Shown: positions 57,792 to 64,000 of the stretch, piece after piece
Position numbering within the stretch: the stretch's first letter is position 1
How the letters are laid out: each line of letters begins with the position of its first letter
Source of the DNA: the human T2T-CHM13v2.0 reference genome, Homo sapiens
DNA length: 64,000 nucleotides
Direction: 5' to 3' (one strand)
Assembly (NCBI RefSeq): GCF_009914755.1
Contig: NC_060926.1
Translations under genes and position numbers: made by a program
The notes under the pieces: generated by a model
What the model was told of the DNA's origin: nothing
The model's input: only the letters and a program-made list of their open reading frames with translations
The model's database searches: none

Positions 57792-58037
57792 CTGGAGTGC
57801 AGTGGCATGATCTCGGCTCACTGCAACCTCTGATCAAGTGATTCTCCTGCCTCAGCCTCCTGAGAAGCTGGGATTACAGGCACCCACCACCATGCCCGGC
57901 TAATTTTTGTATTTTCAGTAGAGACGGGGTTTCACCATGTTGGGCAAGCTGCTCTCGAACTCCTGACTTCAGATGATCCACCCGCCTCGGCCTCCCCAAA
58001 GTGTTGGGATTTCAGGTGTGAGCCACCGCACCCAACC
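57792..58037 (-). mobile_element. Alu lacking its 3' end and tail
   Basis: Begins abruptly at ctggagtgcagtggc with no T tract. Confidence 0.9.
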
Positions 58038-59314
58038 TAGAAGCACTCATTTCTATGTGTGTTTCCTTTTTCTGCTGTGTGAGAGTGAGGATGAGCTGAG
58101 AGGAACACACGCTGAATGGCGTGGGAGCTGTAGAGTAGCCTAGCGAGGGCATCAATGCCACGAGTGATTTCAGGATGCCCTCCTCGTCTTACCTTCTCTC
58201 ATCTCAGTGATTGCTTTCTCTTTTTAGCAGTTAAAATTTTATTAGATTACCCCATTCTAACTCTTTTATGTTCAGTATTACCTCCTGCAGCCAAAGGCAT
58301 GACAGAATTGTGACCAGTTGCCTCCATGGACTTTGTGCATCTATCTCTGCTATCTGATTAGTCTTTTATAGGTGAAAGTCATCACCAATTTTCAGATGAA
58401 GGTTCTAACCAAATATTTTATTTTGGCAGTTATACTTTTATAAAAAGTTACACTTTGATTTCCAATATGTATTATTGTTTTTTCTTCTGCAGTATCCTCT
58501 AAGATTTTCCTGAGGATATTAAGTGTAGCTACCTTCTGATTGTTCTACTGTCTGATCAGGTGTTGCTATGGATAGAAACAATTAATACAATTTCTTTTTT
58601 TTTTTTTTCTTTTGAGAAAGCACAGTTACTTTGTGAGGGGGGAAATGCATGGAGCACAAAAGCCTGTCTGTTTAAAAACTTTGTTCCTAAAACTATACAA
58701 GAGTGAGCAAGTTAACTTGTCATTTATTCTAACATGGTTAACATGAGTAATAACCTCAAAAATGTCAGAGAAACAACAGTCTTACTTTAAAGAGCACCAC
58801 ACTGGGAGGAGATTCCAAAATCAAAGCAAATCCATAACTTTGCTAGTAATGTATCACATATGCTTGGAAAAGTACACTTGCCAACACACTAGGAGAAAAT
58901 GCTCAGTGAAAATTGATGGGTAGGAATAAATTAGTATAAGCCTAACATATTGACTTGTTAAAGCAAAATGAAGACAGCTGTAAGATCTTTTCCCCCTTCC
59001 ATCATACCAATGTTAGTGACTTATATATTAGCAAGCCTTATAAAATAAAATACAAATAATATATCACTATTTAATTTTTGCTGCTCATTGTTCCATTATT
59101 CTTTTGCCAGACCCATTATTTGTCATTCTGTATTCTTAAAGCTAACACTGAGCCCATAGAAATTCCATTATATTTCCTTTCCAGTTTTCTTTGTTTACAA
59201 AGACTTTCCATACTAAGGTGCAGATGTCTTGTAGGAACAGCAGGTTATACATGTTCGTTTATACATGTGAATGTGAATTTTTCAGTCTTCAATGGCATTT
59301 CTCTTTTGTTTTAG

Positions 59315-59467
59315 TTTTGACTTTGAAAGTGTGGAGAGTACTGTGGAGAGCTCGGTGGACAAATCAAAGCCCTGGAGTAGGTCCATCGAGGACCTGCACA
59401 GAGGGAGCAACCTGCCCTCACCTGTGGGCAACAGTGTCTCCCGCTCTGGAAGACATTCTGCACTGCG
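59315..59467 (+). CDS. FMNL2: FMNL2 coding exon 6 (153 nt, phase 2-2): [50 protein letters not shown](R)
   Basis: ttttgttttag| acceptor, GCG|gtgagt donor, open in the frame continuing from exon 5. Confidence 0.95.
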
Positions 59468-60007
59468 GTGAGTTCGTTTAATCAGGAGGCAACTTTGGCA
59501 GGATGCACTGGGACAGCAGGCTCCTACTTCTTTTGATGATTCTGGGCACTGTATCTCATAAATTGCCATACAGCACTTTCATTTGCAATGACTCTAAATG
59601 AATGTTTCTTTAGGAGTTCATGGGATCTTCCCTTGGGCAATGTTTGATAACTTTAAATAGCTTCTGGAAACACCATACCTTGATTCAGCATAGAAGGTGG
59701 GAAAATTCTGCTGCCAAGTGATAGAACAGGATAGTCTCATAGGCAGATAAGGTTTTGAAACCAGGGGAATGTTGACATCCTGATGGAGGTACTGTTTCCA
59801 GGGTAGAGGCAGCACTTAGAGATCTGGGATCTCTGCCCTTTGTTACCCTTTGTCCTTCCGCTCTCTTTCATTTCTCCAGTGGTAGCTCAGGTTGTGTGCT
59901 GTGGGTGTTTTCTTAGCCATAGGTACAGAATGCTGTAGTGATAATTTTTATTAGTGAGATGCCATTAACCAGTGTTCCTTTGATTAGATATGCTTCACTT
60001 GTCAACC

Positions 60008-60365
<358 letters not shown>

Positions 60366-62040
60366 TAGTACCATGCTAAGGGAGGATTGGTGCTGACCAC
60401 CTGTACTAGTAATGGGTTTAATATTGCTGAGGTTGTTCATTCACTCATACCTACAATCATTCATTCACTGAAAAATATTTTTGTGCTTCTTATTTGTCAG
60501 GCGTAACACTTAATACTAATTGTATGTTGGTGGATAAATCAAACTCCTGCCTATGAGGACAGAGATATCATCTAGAACAAGTTTGTAACGGTTTCTGTGG
60601 TTCATGATTTTAACATAAAATTTTATTAATAAGACCTTCATTCCAAAATGTTGCTTATTCTTTCCTTTCATTTTTTTCTACACTACCCCCTTACTTACTC
60701 TTTCTAGCTTAAAGTGTTTCTATCTTATTTCAGGCATGATCTGGCAAGAGGACATTATTTCTCTAAGTGTTTACGATCACTCCGGGTATTCAGTCATTGT
60801 TGTAGAATCCATATGTCAGATTGCAGCCAGTGAATATGTGGCTTTCAGACCTTTGGATTTGGTTGTCTAATTACCTCTTGTCCCTTTGACTTGGTTTTTG
60901 GTCATGGAAAGTTAAACATTTCTCTGTAATGAAGTTAAGTTCTGCTGAAGGATTTGATATTTGAGTATGATACCTCCAGTAAATCATTTAGATTTTCCTT
61001 GTTTAGAACTGGAAAAAAATGTTAATGGGTTTGGAATGAATTGATTCAATATTAAGAGCAGTGTTTCAATTCACCTTATTATATTTGCAGTAGGCCAAAG
61101 GTTGTGCAACCTGCTAATCTGCATCAGCTTCACATGTGGGCAGGAATATATGGGCTGATTTGGCAGATATATAAAGAAAGGCTAATTGTCTGAAGAATTT
61201 CCTGATCACCTTGGAAATTCAGGATGAATTTCCTGATCACCTTGGTACTGGAATGGAAATTCTCACCACTAGTTTAACTGTAATTATTTGTAAGGGATTT
61301 AATTTACAAAGTACATTTTAATTTGGTTTTCTATCATTGGACACTTAGAAAGTATCATGTATTGCCAAGCTACCACCTTAGTAAGGATTTGTTTTTCTGG
61401 TTAATAATTCAGTATGCTTACTTTTTAAAGTATTTTTTCCAGTAGAGCAGAAGAATCGGGAAAATCTGGGAAACTTCCCAGGTTCAGGGAGGGATGTAAC
61501 CCTGGATGCTGGAGGTCGAGGGACATCCAAGGCCAGCCTGTTTTGCTTCACAGTTTTGCTTCAAAGTGGATCTTGCTAGAATTAATTTCAAATTGGAAAG
61601 TCAGACCAAAAGCATGCAGATAGGGAAATTGTATCTGGAAAAACATAGGCATTATATATATGATGTTTCTGGTTGGCAGGTGTGCTTGAAGATGACCAGC
61701 TAAGAAACCAATACCACATTCTTCTGTTTTGTGTTTTAATATTTTCAAGCTCAAGAACAGAACATTTAAATTTCCTTTGATTCTGCTTTATGGTTTCTAG
61801 TAGCCCAAGAAAGCTGATAAGGCAGTAACTTTCATGCCACTTAAGGACCTGAAGCTTAGATTTTTGTTTTGTTTTTTAAACAATGTATATCAATAGTTTT
61901 CCAGCTCTTGTGGTTCATGGATTTATGTCTGGATTCTAATTCTGTATTTGGTCATTGGATATAGCATCTGTGACATAAAAACAGCAATCAGAAGTACAGG
62001 CATATGGTACATGTTGCTTTTCATATACCCAAACATTGTT

Positions 62041-62240
62041 TACATTTTTTTCTTTTCCTCCTTCTCTCCCCTTTCTTTCTCTTCTCCACACGCTGCCTTC
62101 ACTTTTGGCTTTCTTTTTACCATCCTCCCTTTTCTTTTAGCCATCTCATTTCTGATTGTCTTCTCCTCTTCTACTTTGTCCTTTCTCATCCTGCTGTCTC
62201 CTTCTTCTCTGGTTTCATTAATCTCTCATGCCACCACCAG
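62041..62240 (+). repeat. ~200-nt CT-rich low-complexity / polypyrimidine tract
   Basis: Strongly C/T-rich on the + strand; only two AG dinucleotides (62139-62140 and 62239-62240). Confidence 0.8.
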
Positions 62241-62714
62241 ATTGGTTTCTCTGCCTGAGTATTTTCAGTTCCATTGCCACTAGAGCTGCTTCTCCCCTCT
62301 TGCCTCTGGAGCAGCTTCAGTTTACATACTGATGATGAGGCTTCAAACCGGAAAATCTCATAAGTCTCGGGTGAAAACGACATCCAAGCGAGTTCACAGT
62401 GCATGCTGGCAGGGCAATCCGACTGCTCTCCATGTTATAATATGATAACCTTGTGGCTTTGTGCTGACATGCCATACTAGAATAAAGCCTGCTGCCTTTT
62501 AAACTTTGATACACTCTGTTATCATATTATGATTCCTCATTTTTAGAATTTGAACCTTTACAGTATCTTGCATTTTAATAGCACAGGTTGTTTTTTTTTT
62601 GAAAAAGAAAAAGTATATAAATTCATGCTCTATGAAAATGATTTATTCTGGTAGCTTTGTTTAATTAGTATATGTCTTCTGTATCCAAATGCAGATTTTA
62701 GTTTCTTCTTTTTA

Positions 62715-63283
<569 letters not shown>

Positions 63284-64000
63284 TTACTTTTTAATTATTC
63301 AAAATTGATTGTTAAACATTTTATGTCATAACATACCCCTTGAGTCATATCAGCTATGGGATTCTGTATTACCATGTATTTGTCAGCTTGGCTAGAGGGA
63401 AACTGTTGCTATTGATGCAGTAGAGACCTGGTTTGTATTGTCTTCTAAAATTAGAATGTGGTGTGCCTTCGGTTAAGATAGGTTTCTGTCAGTGCGGCTA
63501 CAGAGCTAGCTAAATTTAACAATGCCATATAGGCACATATGTGCACATCAGATCTATGAAGACAAAGGCTGTGTTATTTCAGATGCAAGAGAAAATACTT
63601 TCTGATTTTTAAGAAGGTCCAAGTTAATGCTATTAACTCGAGTAAGAAATGACATAGCAAGTAAATGAGTTTTTAAAGAAAGAGGTGGAGTACTAACTTA
63701 GGGTTTGGAGGAAGGGACAAATTTAAACTGGACTTTAGGCAATGTCCAGAGTTGGTCCTCAGGGTAAGGAAAGGTTGCTCCAGGTGGAGGGGAAGTGAAA
63801 GAACATGAGTTGAGCACAGCCCTATATAAAGATCAGGTGTGCTAGGGAATGAGAGAAGAACCTGTCCTTTCAGGAACAGGTGCTTTGTGATGGAGGTGGA
63901 GAGCTGTCCAGTGGAGAGAGAGTCATAAGACAGAAACCAAGATTCACCCTTGCTATTGATCTTTGTAACCAAGGATGATCTTTTCAAAATAATTATATAA

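Noticed and set aside
62332-62467. C/D-box snoRNA-like motifs (ATGATGA ... CTGA)
   Set aside because: No convincing terminal stem or rRNA-complementary guide; such short motifs occur by chance.

Overview
This is a human-like primate genomic window lying entirely inside the formin gene FMNL2 on the + strand. It runs from the 3' part of intron 1 to intron 6; exon numbering is inferred from the recalled protein, because exon 1 is outside the window. Five GT-AG coding exons (20375-20458, 41170-41250, 47452-47528, 57173-57256, 59315-59467) splice in frame into the N-terminal GTPase-binding/armadillo (GBD/FH3-DID) region: [122 protein letters not shown]...SGRHSALR. The rest is intron, with about 18 Alus, a young 5'-truncated L1PA2-type insertion with perfect TSDs, older L1/L2/MIR fragments, solo LTRs (MER31-, THE1-, MLT1-, MST- and MER68-like) and DNA-transposon fossils (MER2, MER44, MER119, Charlie1, MER81, MER6, MARNA). 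I see no prokaryote-type system and no RNA genes, and almost all ORFs in the supplied track are spurious. The best leads concern RNA processing: (1) a THE1 LTR with two splice donors in frame with exon 3, (2) a candidate poison or alternative-last exon in intron 6, (3) a candidate microexon before exon 6, (4) circRNA-compatible Alu geometry, and (5) a 31-bp locally templated insertion. Repeat subfamily names come from recalled consensus sequences and need RepeatMasker/Dfam confirmation.
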